This document shows positions 24,256 through 32,754 of a DNA stretch of 43,247 nt, piece by piece. Origin of the DNA: Planctomycetota bacterium (GTDB lineage Bacteria > Planctomycetota > SZUA-567). The translations under genes were made by a program, and so were the position numbers. The first letter of the stretch is position 1. Every line of letters begins with the position of its first letter. The notes under the pieces are model-generated. The model was not told where the DNA came from and did not search any database. It was given only the letters and a program-made list of their open reading frames with translations. The stretch spans positions 1 to 43,247 of the forward strand of contig JAFGWW010000082.1 of the NCBI GenBank assembly GCA_016936955.1, written 5' to 3'.

Positions 24256-26034
24256 TTACCTCTTGTTCTCAATGGTGATAAGCGCGATTTTCTTCTCCTG
24301 CCAGTCGTCGGTCAGCATGGTTGCGAGGCGCGCGCCGGTGTGGACGATGCCCATGTTGAGGAAGAAATCGTAACCGCGCATCTGGCTCTGGACCATGGAA
24401 ATGTCGGTCTTGATATCCTTGCCCTTCTCGGCTTCGTACTCAGCGAGGGTGGGAAGTTCACGCTTGGTGAGGACGAGAATGTCGCAGCCCTTGTCGCTGT
24501 CCTGCAGTACGGGCTTGAAGAGGCTGGCCTCGCGCAGAACGTAGGGCAGCTTGTAATAATCAACCGTGCTGGTGGTGATCTGGTCTTTGAAGTCCTCGAT
24601 CTCGCCCTTCTCGACGAGGGCCGAGTATTTCTCCGCCTCGATCTTGGCCAGGCGCATCTCTTCCTTCTTCTGGAGCTCAAGCAGGATCATGCTGCGCAGA
24701 ACGCCGTCGATCTTGCCGTCCTCGCCCTTGAGGGTGCTGGGCTTGCCTGGGATATAATCCAGCAGACGGATGCGGAAGCAACCCTTGTCAGACTCGAGGA
24801 GGGGGTTCTGGTTGTCGAAAAGCTCTTTCAGCTTCTGGATCTTGTCTTCGCGTTCCTTGCCCTCGCCCATCCTGTCGAGGCTGTTGAGGAAGTTGACGAG
24901 GCTGCGGGAGGGGCCGATCTCCTTGATCGTCTCAAGGTTGTCGGTGGTAAGCGGCTTGTCGCCGGAGACGCCGACAATGATGTTGCGGCGCTTCAGACCG
25001 TCAAGGTTAACGATATCCTTCAGGGACGGTGGGGTGTTATTGACGATGCAGTTGCGGATATATTCCTCGAAATCGCCGCGGCTGAGGGTGGAGGAGGCGA
25101 AGTCCTGCTGCTTCTCCCTGATAACCTTTTCGAGAACCTGATCCTTGGCTTCCTCGAAGGTCTTCTCGCCGAAGCTGGCCTTGTTCATCTTGTAATACTC
25201 GTCAAGCTCCGCCTCGGTGATCTTCGGATCCTTTAGGGAATCGAAAGGAGCAAGGACGTATTCGAACCTCCACTTCGCCTTTGTCCAGAAGCGGCGGTCG
25301 TTCTCTTTCTGGGCATTGGTCAGGAAATCCTGGGCGTTGCGGAGGAAAAGCTCCTCGTCGCCCGTGGGGTTTTCCTTGGTGATGCCGAGGATGTTGTCGC
25401 TCGCCTGCTGGGACATTTTCTCGGTAATGTGGACAGTAAGTTCCTTATAGGTGAACTTGGCCTTCTCCGCCTGGTAACGGGCAAAGGCTGTCTGCTCGGT
25501 AGCGATGGGGGTCTTGTCCATGGCCTGGACGTATCTCTTGATCTTGAGCCACTCCTCCACACCTTTAATATACTGGGCGCGGTTGAGGCGGTATTCATCA
25601 AGCATACGGTCGATGGCTTTTTTCAGCCCTTCCTCGTCGCCTTCAAACTTAACAAAACGGCGATCCTTGCGGATGAAGGAACCGATCTCTTCCATGGAAA
25701 CGCCGATTCCGGCTTCCTCGGCTTTTGCCAGAGTGGCCATGGCGAAGAGGTTGGAAATTTCCGGCGGCAGGCTTCCACCCTGGGGCAGCATGAACTGAAC
25801 ACCGCTCATGCCTCCGATTCCGGGGTTGCCGACCGCGGCCTTGAGCCTGTCGGAAAACTGGGCAAAATCATGATTGCTTACAGTCTCGCCGTAAACGATA
25901 GCCCTGTCCCCTCCCGAGTTAACATCCTGAGCTTTTCTCCCCACACCCCAGACAAGGGTAAAGGACGGGATAATGATGATGGCAACGACCCAGTAAATGA
26001 TTTTTTGACGCTTACGAAAATGATGAAGAGGCAC
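24256..26034 (-). CDS. membrane-anchored periplasmic chaperone, PpiD/SurA-N-like; no recognisable parvulin domain
   Basis: 592 aa. The N-terminal anchor KIIYWVVAIIIIPSFTLVWGVG is followed by IVYGETVSNHDFAQF, as in the PpiD N-terminus. The rest is helical and K/E-rich. Confidence 0.5.
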   Translation of the reverse strand: MPLHHFRKRQKIIYWVVAIIIIPSFTLVWGVGRKAQDVNSGGDRAIVYGETVSNHDFAQFSDRLKAAVGNPGIGGMSGVQFMLPQGGSLPPEISNLFAMATLAKAEEAGIGVSMEEIGSFIRKDRRFVKFEGDEEGLKKAIDRMLDEYRLNRAQYIKGVEEWLKIKRYVQAMDKTPIATEQTAFARYQAEKAKFTYKELTVHITEKMSQQASDNILGITKENPTGDEELFLRNAQDFLTNAQKENDRRFWTKAKWRFEYVLAPFDSLKDPKITEAELDEYYKMNKASFGEKTFEEAKDQVLEKVIREKQQDFASSTLSRGDFEEYIRNCIVNNTPPSLKDIVNLDGLKRRNIIVGVSGDKPLTTDNLETIKEIGPSRSLVNFLNSLDRMGEGKEREDKIQKLKELFDNQNPLLESDKGCFRIRLLDYIPGKPSTLKGEDGKIDGVLRSMILLELQKKEEMRLAKIEAEKYSALVEKGEIEDFKDQITTSTVDYYKLPYVLREASLFKPVLQDSDKGCDILVLTKRELPTLAEYEAEKGKDIKTDISMVQSQMRGYDFFLNMGIVHTGARLATMLTDDWQEKKIALITIENKR

Positions 26035-26276
26035 TTCATATTCCTTTCAGCTGGCTAATACCGCATAATTAATCGAAAACTCTTGGAAGATATGGAATTA
26101 TAGAGGTTTTGGGTGGCCATGCAACATCTTTTCACTGCCATAATCAGTCATATCCTTGCAACTGCGGGGTAAAGTGGGCTATAATCGCCTTTCCGTGAAC
26201 AAGGCGGGCCCCGACCCGCCCTGCGCCTATATTATTTATATCTTTCTGTTACACGAGTTTATCAGGAGCCATTAAT

Positions 26277-27263
26277 ATGAAGACACCTCTGCTTTTCACC
26301 CCACTGCTCAAGGTTCGCGTCTGGGGCGGCGAAAGGCTTAAATCCCGTGCACCCGGCGCTCCGGCCGAACCGATCGGCGAAAGCTGGGAACTCGCCGACC
26401 ACGAAAGCGACACCACGGTTGTCCGTGGCGGGTCTTTTGACGGAAAAAAGCTGCACGAAATATTTATGGAAAACAAGGAAGACCTCTGCGGCAAGGCTGT
26501 CGACCCGGCCAGCCCCGACGTATTCCCCCTCATGCTCAAGCTTATCGACCCGAAGCAGGATCTTTCTGTGCAGGTCCATCCTGATGATGAATACGCGGGC
26601 AAGCAGAAGGCGGGCGAACTCGGCAAGACCGAAGCGTGGTATGTTCTCGAATCGGAAGCAGGGGCAAAACTTTATCGCGGGTTCAAGCCCGGCGTGACGA
26701 AGGAAGCTTTTGCAAAAGCCCTCGAAGACGGGAGCGTGGCCGACCTGCTCAACGGTTTCGAGGTAAAGCCGGGCGACGTTCTCAACATGCCTGCCGGAAC
26801 AGTCCATGCCCTCGGCGCGGGGGTTCGCATCGCCGAGATCCAGCAGAACTCCGACACCACCTACCGTGTTTTCGACTGGAACCGCGTGGGTCTCGACGGC
26901 AAGCCACGCGAACTGCATATCGAGCACGCCCTGGCGGTCACCGATTTCGAGGATGCGGGCGATAATCTCTGCAAGGCGGAAGCGCTCGCCCATGAGAGCT
27001 GCCTGCGCGAATGCTTTATCCGTTCGGAAAAATTCAACTTCGACAGGCTCGGAAAATTCAGCTCCGCTTCGATCGAACTCGATACGAAAAAAGAGAGCTT
27101 CCATATCCTTACCGTTGCCGAAGGCGAGATAGAGGTAGTCACCGACGAGGGTAGCGTCAAATGCGGGAAATGGGATTCGGCTCTCGTTCCGGCGGCGGCG
27201 GGTAAATATACGATTCGTCCCAGTGACGATGCGAGTGTCCTTCTCTTTTACAAAGGCAAATAA
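26277..27263 (+). CDS. manA: mannose-6-phosphate isomerase, class I
   Basis: 328 aa with KVRVWGGERL, GESWELADHE, LSVQVHPDDEYA and GKTEAWYVL (cupin metal ligands). Confidence 0.85.
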   Translation: MKTPLLFTPLLKVRVWGGERLKSRAPGAPAEPIGESWELADHESDTTVVRGGSFDGKKLHEIFMENKEDLCGKAVDPASPDVFPLMLKLIDPKQDLSVQVHPDDEYAGKQKAGELGKTEAWYVLESEAGAKLYRGFKPGVTKEAFAKALEDGSVADLLNGFEVKPGDVLNMPAGTVHALGAGVRIAEIQQNSDTTYRVFDWNRVGLDGKPRELHIEHALAVTDFEDAGDNLCKAEALAHESCLRECFIRSEKFNFDRLGKFSSASIELDTKKESFHILTVAEGEIEVVTDEGSVKCGKWDSALVPAAAGKYTIRPSDDASVLLFYKGK

Positions 27264-27269
27264 GCGATT

Positions 27270-28688
27270 ATGGAAGAGCGTCTTCAGAAGTACATGGCCC
27301 GCTGCGGCGTGGCCTCACGCCGTAAAAGCGAGGAGATGATCCTCGAAGGTCTGGTTGCGGTCAACGGCAAGGTGGTGACCGAGCTGGGGGCGAAAATCCG
27401 CCCCGGCAAGGACCAGATCACCGTCAACGGCAAACCGCTCCGGACGGAAGAGAAGGTTTACTACATTCTCAACAAGCCCAAAGGCTGCACCGCCAGCGTC
27501 TCCGACGAGATGGGCAGGCGCACCGTAATGGACCTGCTCGGGAAGGATGTCAAGGAAAGGGTATACCCGGTGGGCCGCCTCGACCGCGACTCGGAAGGGC
27601 TTATCCTCCTGACCAACGACGGCGAGTTTGCCCACTACATGACCCACCCCTCCTTCGGGGTCAAGAAAGTCTACCGCGCAACCGTGGAAGGCGAGGTCGA
27701 TCAGAACGCGCTGGCCGACGCCGTCAAGAACGGCATCCGCATGGGGCCTGCGCTGATTAAACCGCAGTCCGCGAAAATAATCAAGAAACTCAAGACCAGC
27801 ACCATCGTCGAGATTGTAGTCGGTGAAGGGATCAACCGCGAGGTGCGCCGTCTCTTCCTCGCCCTCGGCCACGAGGTCACCCGTCTTCTGCGTATTACCG
27901 AAGGCCCCCTCTCCATCCGCGGCATATCCAAGAGCGGCTACCGCAAGCTTAACAGAAAAGAGCTTGAGACCATCTTCAAGGCCATGGGCAAAGCGGAACT
28001 CGTGAAAGACGAACTCCCCGCCCCGCCCAAGGTTCGCACCCGTTATTTCAGCCCCGACGGAAAACGCGCGGGCAAGCCCGACCCGGCCATGGGCGCCGCC
28101 AAATCCGGCAGGCCTGCGGACGATATGGACGACGTAGTTTATTTCGACAAGAAGACCAAGACCGGCGGCGTGCGCAAAGCCCAGAAACGCAAAGATCCCG
28201 CCGACAAGCGCCGCGGCGAAAAGAAAGTTTCCGGCACCGCGCGTAAGTATGACAAGAAAAGCGAGCTGGGAGAAAAGCGTTACGAAAGCCGGAAAGCTTC
28301 CGACGGTCCGCGTAAATTTGAAAAGCGGAAAGACGCGGAAGATAAGCGTTACGACGACAGGAAATCGTCCGGCGGCGCGCGCAAGTACGGGAAGAAAAAC
28401 GAAACGGAAAGCAGGCGCGGTTCCGACAAGCGCGGATCAACCGGCGGGAAATATAAAACCGACAGGCGTGAGGAAGATAAACGCCCCGCCGGCAGAAAGC
28501 AGGCGGAGAAAGCGGGCGACAAGCGGAAAGCCGCCGCTCCGGACAAGGCGGGCAAAGCCAGATTCGACAAAAAGGCGAAACCTGCCAGAGCCGAGAAGCC
28601 GGCCAAGGCTGCACCGAAATCTCCGGCGAAGAAGCCCGCGAAAAAGTCGGGCCCGAAAACCCCTGTTCATCCGATTACGGGGAAATAG
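27270..28688 (+). CDS. rluB: 23S rRNA pseudouridine synthase RluB-type (S4 + RsuA/RluB catalytic domain) with a ~230-aa basic tail
   Basis: 472 aa. S4 domain RLQKYMARCGVASRRKSEEMI and catalytic motif VGRLDRDSEGLILLTNDGE. The K/R/E-rich tail runs from about residue 240. Confidence 0.85.
   Translation: MEERLQKYMARCGVASRRKSEEMILEGLVAVNGKVVTELGAKIRPGKDQITVNGKPLRTEEKVYYILNKPKGCTASVSDEMGRRTVMDLLGKDVKERVYPVGRLDRDSEGLILLTNDGEFAHYMTHPSFGVKKVYRATVEGEVDQNALADAVKNGIRMGPALIKPQSAKIIKKLKTSTIVEIVVGEGINREVRRLFLALGHEVTRLLRITEGPLSIRGISKSGYRKLNRKELETIFKAMGKAELVKDELPAPPKVRTRYFSPDGKRAGKPDPAMGAAKSGRPADDMDDVVYFDKKTKTGGVRKAQKRKDPADKRRGEKKVSGTARKYDKKSELGEKRYESRKASDGPRKFEKRKDAEDKRYDDRKSSGGARKYGKKNETESRRGSDKRGSTGGKYKTDRREEDKRPAGRKQAEKAGDKRKAAAPDKAGKARFDKKAKPARAEKPAKAAPKSPAKKPAKKSGPKTPVHPITGK
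28206..28412 (+). repeat. three tandem 69-nt (23-aa) coding repeats in the RluB tail
   Basis: The units are KRRGEKKVSGTARKYDKKSELGE, KRYESRKASDGPRKFEKRKDAED and KRYDDRKSSGGARKYGKKNETES. The DNA units begin at 28206, 28275 and 28344 (aagcgttacga recurs), and a degenerate fourth unit follows. Confidence 0.6.
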
Positions 28689-28717
28689 GATTCCGCATTT
28701 CAGCATGGGGATAAAGC

Positions 28718-29089
28718 ATGAACGAATCCGAACCGGCAGCGCCCGAAGTAATGACGCCGGAGTTGCTCACAGACATGGCCATGAAACTGAAATGCCGTGG
28801 CGCGTCTGACATCGAGATCGGCAGCATGCTGATGTCGCAGGGCTTGACCCATGAGGAAGCCTCGCTGGTCCTGCAAAACCTGCCGGTTAGTGAGGAGATG
28901 CGGGAGCAGATCAAGGAAAACAATACCGGTCTGGCCAAGGGCGTGCTCGCCCTCCTTGCCGGGATAATGATTACCATGGTAAGCTACAGCAACGCGGGGC
29001 CGGGTAAAAGTTATACTATCGCCAGCGGCCTTATCGCTTACGGGATGTGGAAAACAATCTCCTCGCTGATGAAGCCGAAAGACTTGTAA
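28718..29089 (+). CDS. hypothetical small membrane protein (two C-terminal TM helices)
   Basis: 123 aa with a soluble N-terminal ~70 aa, then GVLALLAGIMITMVSY and IASGLIAYGMWKTISSL. I recognise no family. Confidence 0.4.
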   Translation: MNESEPAAPEVMTPELLTDMAMKLKCRGASDIEIGSMLMSQGLTHEEASLVLQNLPVSEEMREQIKENNTGLAKGVLALLAGIMITMVSYSNAGPGKSYTIASGLIAYGMWKTISSLMKPKDL

Positions 29090-29126
29090 GCGCGGGTTCC
29101 GAAATTTTCAAGGTTATTTCAAGAGC

Positions 29127-30212
29127 ATGAAAAACGCCAAACGCATACTGCTTGCGGTCGATGCCCTCAATTCGAGCGGCATCACCTTCTCCCTGCAGAA
29201 CCTGATAACCGGGTTGCTGCCGCAGGGGGCGAAGATCATGATCCTCGCCCGGCATGGTGGGGAGCGCGAGCAACTGTTCCGCAAACTTCCGCTCGAGAAA
29301 ATCCACATCTCCAAATATCTCGGCACGCCGATTCTGGGGCGGGGATGCGTCGCGGCGGTTAAGGAATTCAAGCCCGATATCATCCACTGCCTCGCCCTCA
29401 ATATTTTCGAGAAGTGCCATAAACTCGCGGAAGAAGTGAATGTCCCGATTCTTGCCACGGTTAACCGTTTCGAGGAGGACTGCTCCTACCTCGCCCGTAA
29501 CACCGGTATCAAGGTTCTCGCCATCTCCAACGCGATCAAGGAACGGCTCGCAAACCGCGAAGGCATCAAGCAGGACAGGGTCAAGGTAATCCCCAACGGC
29601 CTCGACCTAAACATGTTCCCCAAGCCCAACCTGAAAAAGATCGACAACGGCTCGATCCCCGTGGTCGGGACTTTCGGAAAGCTTGACGTGCAGAAAGGGC
29701 AGCGGGTTTTTGTGGAGACGGCGGCCATGATTATCAACCGCAAAGTCGACGCGGAATTTTTGATCATGGGTGCCGGCCCGGACAAGCAGCACCTGCGTAA
29801 GATGGTCGATCTCCTCGGCATCCGCAGCCGCGTAACCTTCAACCCCCCAAGCTCGGCCGACAACCGCAATCTCGGTAATATTGATATTTTCGTGGAACCG
29901 AGTTTCCAGGAAGGCCTCGGCCTCTCGGTCATGCAGGCCATGGCCTCCGGCGTTCCGGTTATCGCCAGCGGCGTGGGCGGGATTTACGAACTGGTCGAGG
30001 ACGGCGTAACTGGAGTCCTCGTCCCCAAGAACGACAAGAAAGCTCTTGAGAAAGCCATTATTGACCTTATCGAAAAACCGGCGAAGCGGCACGAACTTGC
30101 CCGCAACGCACGCGAAAAGGTGGAGGAAAGTTTCGACATCCGCAAGCTCGCCAAAAATATACTCGCCCTCTACTCCGAATGCCTTGAGCGGCGCGGGGGC
30201 TACTCCGAATGA
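29127..30212 (+). CDS. glycosyltransferase family 4 (GT-B, retaining)
   Basis: 361 aa with the EX7E region EPSFQEGLGLSVMQAMASGVPVIASGVGGIYELVEDGVTGVLV. Confidence 0.9.
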   Translation: MKNAKRILLAVDALNSSGITFSLQNLITGLLPQGAKIMILARHGGEREQLFRKLPLEKIHISKYLGTPILGRGCVAAVKEFKPDIIHCLALNIFEKCHKLAEEVNVPILATVNRFEEDCSYLARNTGIKVLAISNAIKERLANREGIKQDRVKVIPNGLDLNMFPKPNLKKIDNGSIPVVGTFGKLDVQKGQRVFVETAAMIINRKVDAEFLIMGAGPDKQHLRKMVDLLGIRSRVTFNPPSSADNRNLGNIDIFVEPSFQEGLGLSVMQAMASGVPVIASGVGGIYELVEDGVTGVLVPKNDKKALEKAIIDLIEKPAKRHELARNAREKVEESFDIRKLAKNILALYSECLERRGGYSE

Positions 30213-31588
30213 TCAAGAACGCATCACGCCGCGAGGTCATCGCCCTGACGGCCACCATCTTCCTCATCCTTCTGAGCCTCGCCTTCTACGCCCCCAACGC
30301 GGTGAGGAAATCCCACAAGGCAGACTTCGAGAGATATTATTACGCGGGTTGCGTCGCCATGCACGGCGGTGACATTTATGAAAAGCATGACGACCTGCAA
30401 TTCAAATACTTTCCCTTCTTCGCCGAGGCCATGGTGCCGATCGCCTGGATTTCGGAGTCGGCCTGTCCGAGCGAAAACCCGGACAAACCCTTCGCTAATG
30501 AAAAGGCGTTGCTCTTCGGCGCGGGGTTGTGGTTCGCGGTGCTTTCGTTCTCCTATCTCGGCTCTCTCCTCCTCGCCGTCTCCCTCTGCAAGCCGGAAAA
30601 TATTTCAAAGGCACTGTGGATATTCTGGATCGCCCTAGCTTTTTCCGCGCGCTTCTTTGTGGCCAACCTCAAGAACGGGCAGATCAATATGCCGGTCATG
30701 TTCCTCGCCCTTTTCGGTTGCTGGCTTGTTATCAAGGGGCGTGAATGTTTCGGCGGGATCTCTATCGGCCTCGCGGCTGCAACAAAGTTCATGCCCGTGG
30801 TTCTGTTGCTCTGGCTCTTCAGAAAGAAAAAATGGTGGGGCGGGGTATATCTGGCAAGCACCGTCCTCGCCTGCCTCTTCATCTTCCCTTCCCTCATCTG
30901 GGGCGTCGAGGGCAACTATGACATGCTGGAGAAATATATCGGCCAGCGCAAAAAAATGGTGACCGATCTCCCCGAAGAGCAGGCCGCCGGGCAGAGCATT
31001 CCCAGCCTCACCAACCGCCTTCTGTGCAAGGTCAACTCCGCCCCCCTGCGCCTGCGCGACGAGGACGGTAACCGCGAACCCATATATGTGAACATCCTGA
31101 ATCTCGAAGAAAGCACGGCGAAATATATCGCTCTCGCTTTCGTTCTTATCCTCTCCGCCGCTGCGTGGCGAAGCCTCTCGCCCTCATACCCCGGTTCGTC
31201 AGCTCGCCGGGTTGTTGAGGTCGGTCTTATCTTTGTCCTAATGCTCCTCATCAGCCCCGAGGCGCGCAAGGCCCATTACATAACCCTGCTCATCCCGGTG
31301 GCCGGGCTTGCCGCAGTTTATCTGGAAGGCGGCGCAAAACGCGGTTGGTCTCTCCTCGGCCTGAGCTTTGTCCTCAGCAACATCACCAGCCGCGGCATCG
31401 TGGGCGACAACGCGGCTTATTATTATCTCAATGCTTATTGCGTGGTCATGTGGGGCGCGGTCATCCTCTACATGCTTCTCACTTCAGCCCTGCACCAACC
31501 CCTGCCCGAAAAGGCCGAAATAGAAACCGAGCCCGATGACATCGCATCAGACAGCCTGCTCGACGAACCGGAAGCGGAAGAGGCGTGA
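30209..31588 (+). CDS. polytopic GT-C-like membrane glycosyltransferase (DUF2029/GT87-like)
   Basis: 459 aa with about 10 predicted TM helices. The first loop, DFERYYYAGCVAMHGGDIYEK...FKYFPFFA, resembles the DUF2029 N-terminal motif. Its ATG overlaps the GT4 stop (ATGA). It has an acidic C-terminal tail. Confidence 0.55.
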   Translation: MIKNASRREVIALTATIFLILLSLAFYAPNAVRKSHKADFERYYYAGCVAMHGGDIYEKHDDLQFKYFPFFAEAMVPIAWISESACPSENPDKPFANEKALLFGAGLWFAVLSFSYLGSLLLAVSLCKPENISKALWIFWIALAFSARFFVANLKNGQINMPVMFLALFGCWLVIKGRECFGGISIGLAAATKFMPVVLLLWLFRKKKWWGGVYLASTVLACLFIFPSLIWGVEGNYDMLEKYIGQRKKMVTDLPEEQAAGQSIPSLTNRLLCKVNSAPLRLRDEDGNREPIYVNILNLEESTAKYIALAFVLILSAAAWRSLSPSYPGSSARRVVEVGLIFVLMLLISPEARKAHYITLLIPVAGLAAVYLEGGAKRGWSLLGLSFVLSNITSRGIVGDNAAYYYLNAYCVVMWGAVILYMLLTSALHQPLPEKAEIETEPDDIASDSLLDEPEAEEA

Positions 31589-31698
31589 TTTTCTAATTTG
31601 CCTAAGTACCAATGAAAATACGGAATGCCGCCCATCCTTTGTCAAACTCAGGACGGGCAGAAATCTCTCAAGACAGAATAATGCGTGATTAACCCGGC

Positions 31699-32694
31699 CT
31701 ACTTCTTCGCCGTAGCCAGCCAGTGGGGCATGGGCGGGGCGAGTGGTTTTACGGCGAAGTCGTTGAAGCCCGCCTCTTCCATCCAGCCCTTGAGCTCCTC
31801 GTCGGAAAATACCCAGCCGTTCTCGGTGGTGAGGGCCATGTTGACCGCGAAGAGAGCGGAAAATTTCGGGCTGGTGTGGCTGGCGTCGGTCATCATGTCC
31901 ATTACGTAAACCTTGCCGCCGGGGTTGAGTGATTCGTAGGCCCGCTTCATCAGGCTTCTGATCGAGTCGGGGGACTCCTGATGGAGCATGCCAAAGAAGA
32001 GAACCGCATCGTTGCCGGAAGGGAACTCGGCGGTGCGGTAGTCGCCGGGAATGGTCTTGACCCTGTCGCTCATCCCTTGCTTTTCAACAAGCTCCGCCGC
32101 AACCTTGACCACCCCCGGAAGGTCGAGGACGGTGCATTCAATGTCTGGATTGGCTTTCGCCACAAGGACCGAGTATGTCCCGGGGCCGCCGCCCACGTCG
32201 AAAAGTTTTTTGCAGCCCGAAAGGTCTAGTTGCGGAACCACCGCCTGCCCGATGCCGAGGGCGCGCCCGTGCATGGAGAGGACGAAGGTGCGCGTGCGCT
32301 CCTCGTCTTCACCGAGGTGGAGCTCTGGTTTTTCAACCGGGCTGCCGGTTCTGGCGAGGCCGGAGAGTTTGCTCCATGCGTCATAGACATCGCGGTTGTA
32401 ACGGATTGCGCCCTGCAGGTTGGCGGGCGAACCGGGAACGAGGAAGATTGCACTTTCGGTAGTGTTGTTATAAAGCCCGTCGTTTTTCTCAAGCAACCTG
32501 ACCGCTACACAGCCGTCGAGAAGGAGGGTCGCGCCGCGCTCGTCAAGACCGAGGGAGCGGGCCACCGTTGCGGCGTCCGCCTTGCCGAGTTCGGAGAGGG
32601 TGGCGAAAACGCCGAGGTCGGAGGCGGTGAAAAGAACGCATGAATCGTAAAAGGCGCTGGCCATGTCGATTATTCTGGACGGGTTTGGCTGCAT
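31699..32694 (-). CDS. O-methyltransferase family 2 (dimerisation domain + SAM-dependent MTase)
   Basis: 331 aa with a winged-helix dimerisation N-terminus, LFDVGGGPGTYSVLVAKANPDIECTVLDLPGVV and LNPGGKVYVMD. Confidence 0.85.
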   Translation of the reverse strand: MQPNPSRIIDMASAFYDSCVLFTASDLGVFATLSELGKADAATVARSLGLDERGATLLLDGCVAVRLLEKNDGLYNNTTESAIFLVPGSPANLQGAIRYNRDVYDAWSKLSGLARTGSPVEKPELHLGEDEERTRTFVLSMHGRALGIGQAVVPQLDLSGCKKLFDVGGGPGTYSVLVAKANPDIECTVLDLPGVVKVAAELVEKQGMSDRVKTIPGDYRTAEFPSGNDAVLFFGMLHQESPDSIRSLMKRAYESLNPGGKVYVMDMMTDASHTSPKFSALFAVNMALTTENGWVFSDEELKGWMEEAGFNDFAVKPLAPPMPHWLATAKK

Positions 32695-32754
32695 GAATCC
32701 TCCAGTGAAAGTTCAATCTGTAAAACGCCGGCGGAACCATGCCGCGCAGCGCGG

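Noticed and set aside
24139-25236. 365-aa plus-strand ORF opposite the PpiD-like gene; similar shadow ORFs at 6468-7616 (+), 4482-5402 (+), 26262-27104 (-), 21528-22145 (-) and 33292-35070 (+)
   Set aside because: All lie antisense to genes with strong family signatures and have V/L/G/A/E/D-biased, motif-free translations. They have no RBS or independent intergenic space.
28048-28809. Several 85-188-aa ORFs on both strands within the RluB tail region
   Set aside because: These are artefacts of the repetitive K/R/E/G-coding sequence (purine-rich repeats). The plus frame continuous with the RluB catalytic domain explains the region.
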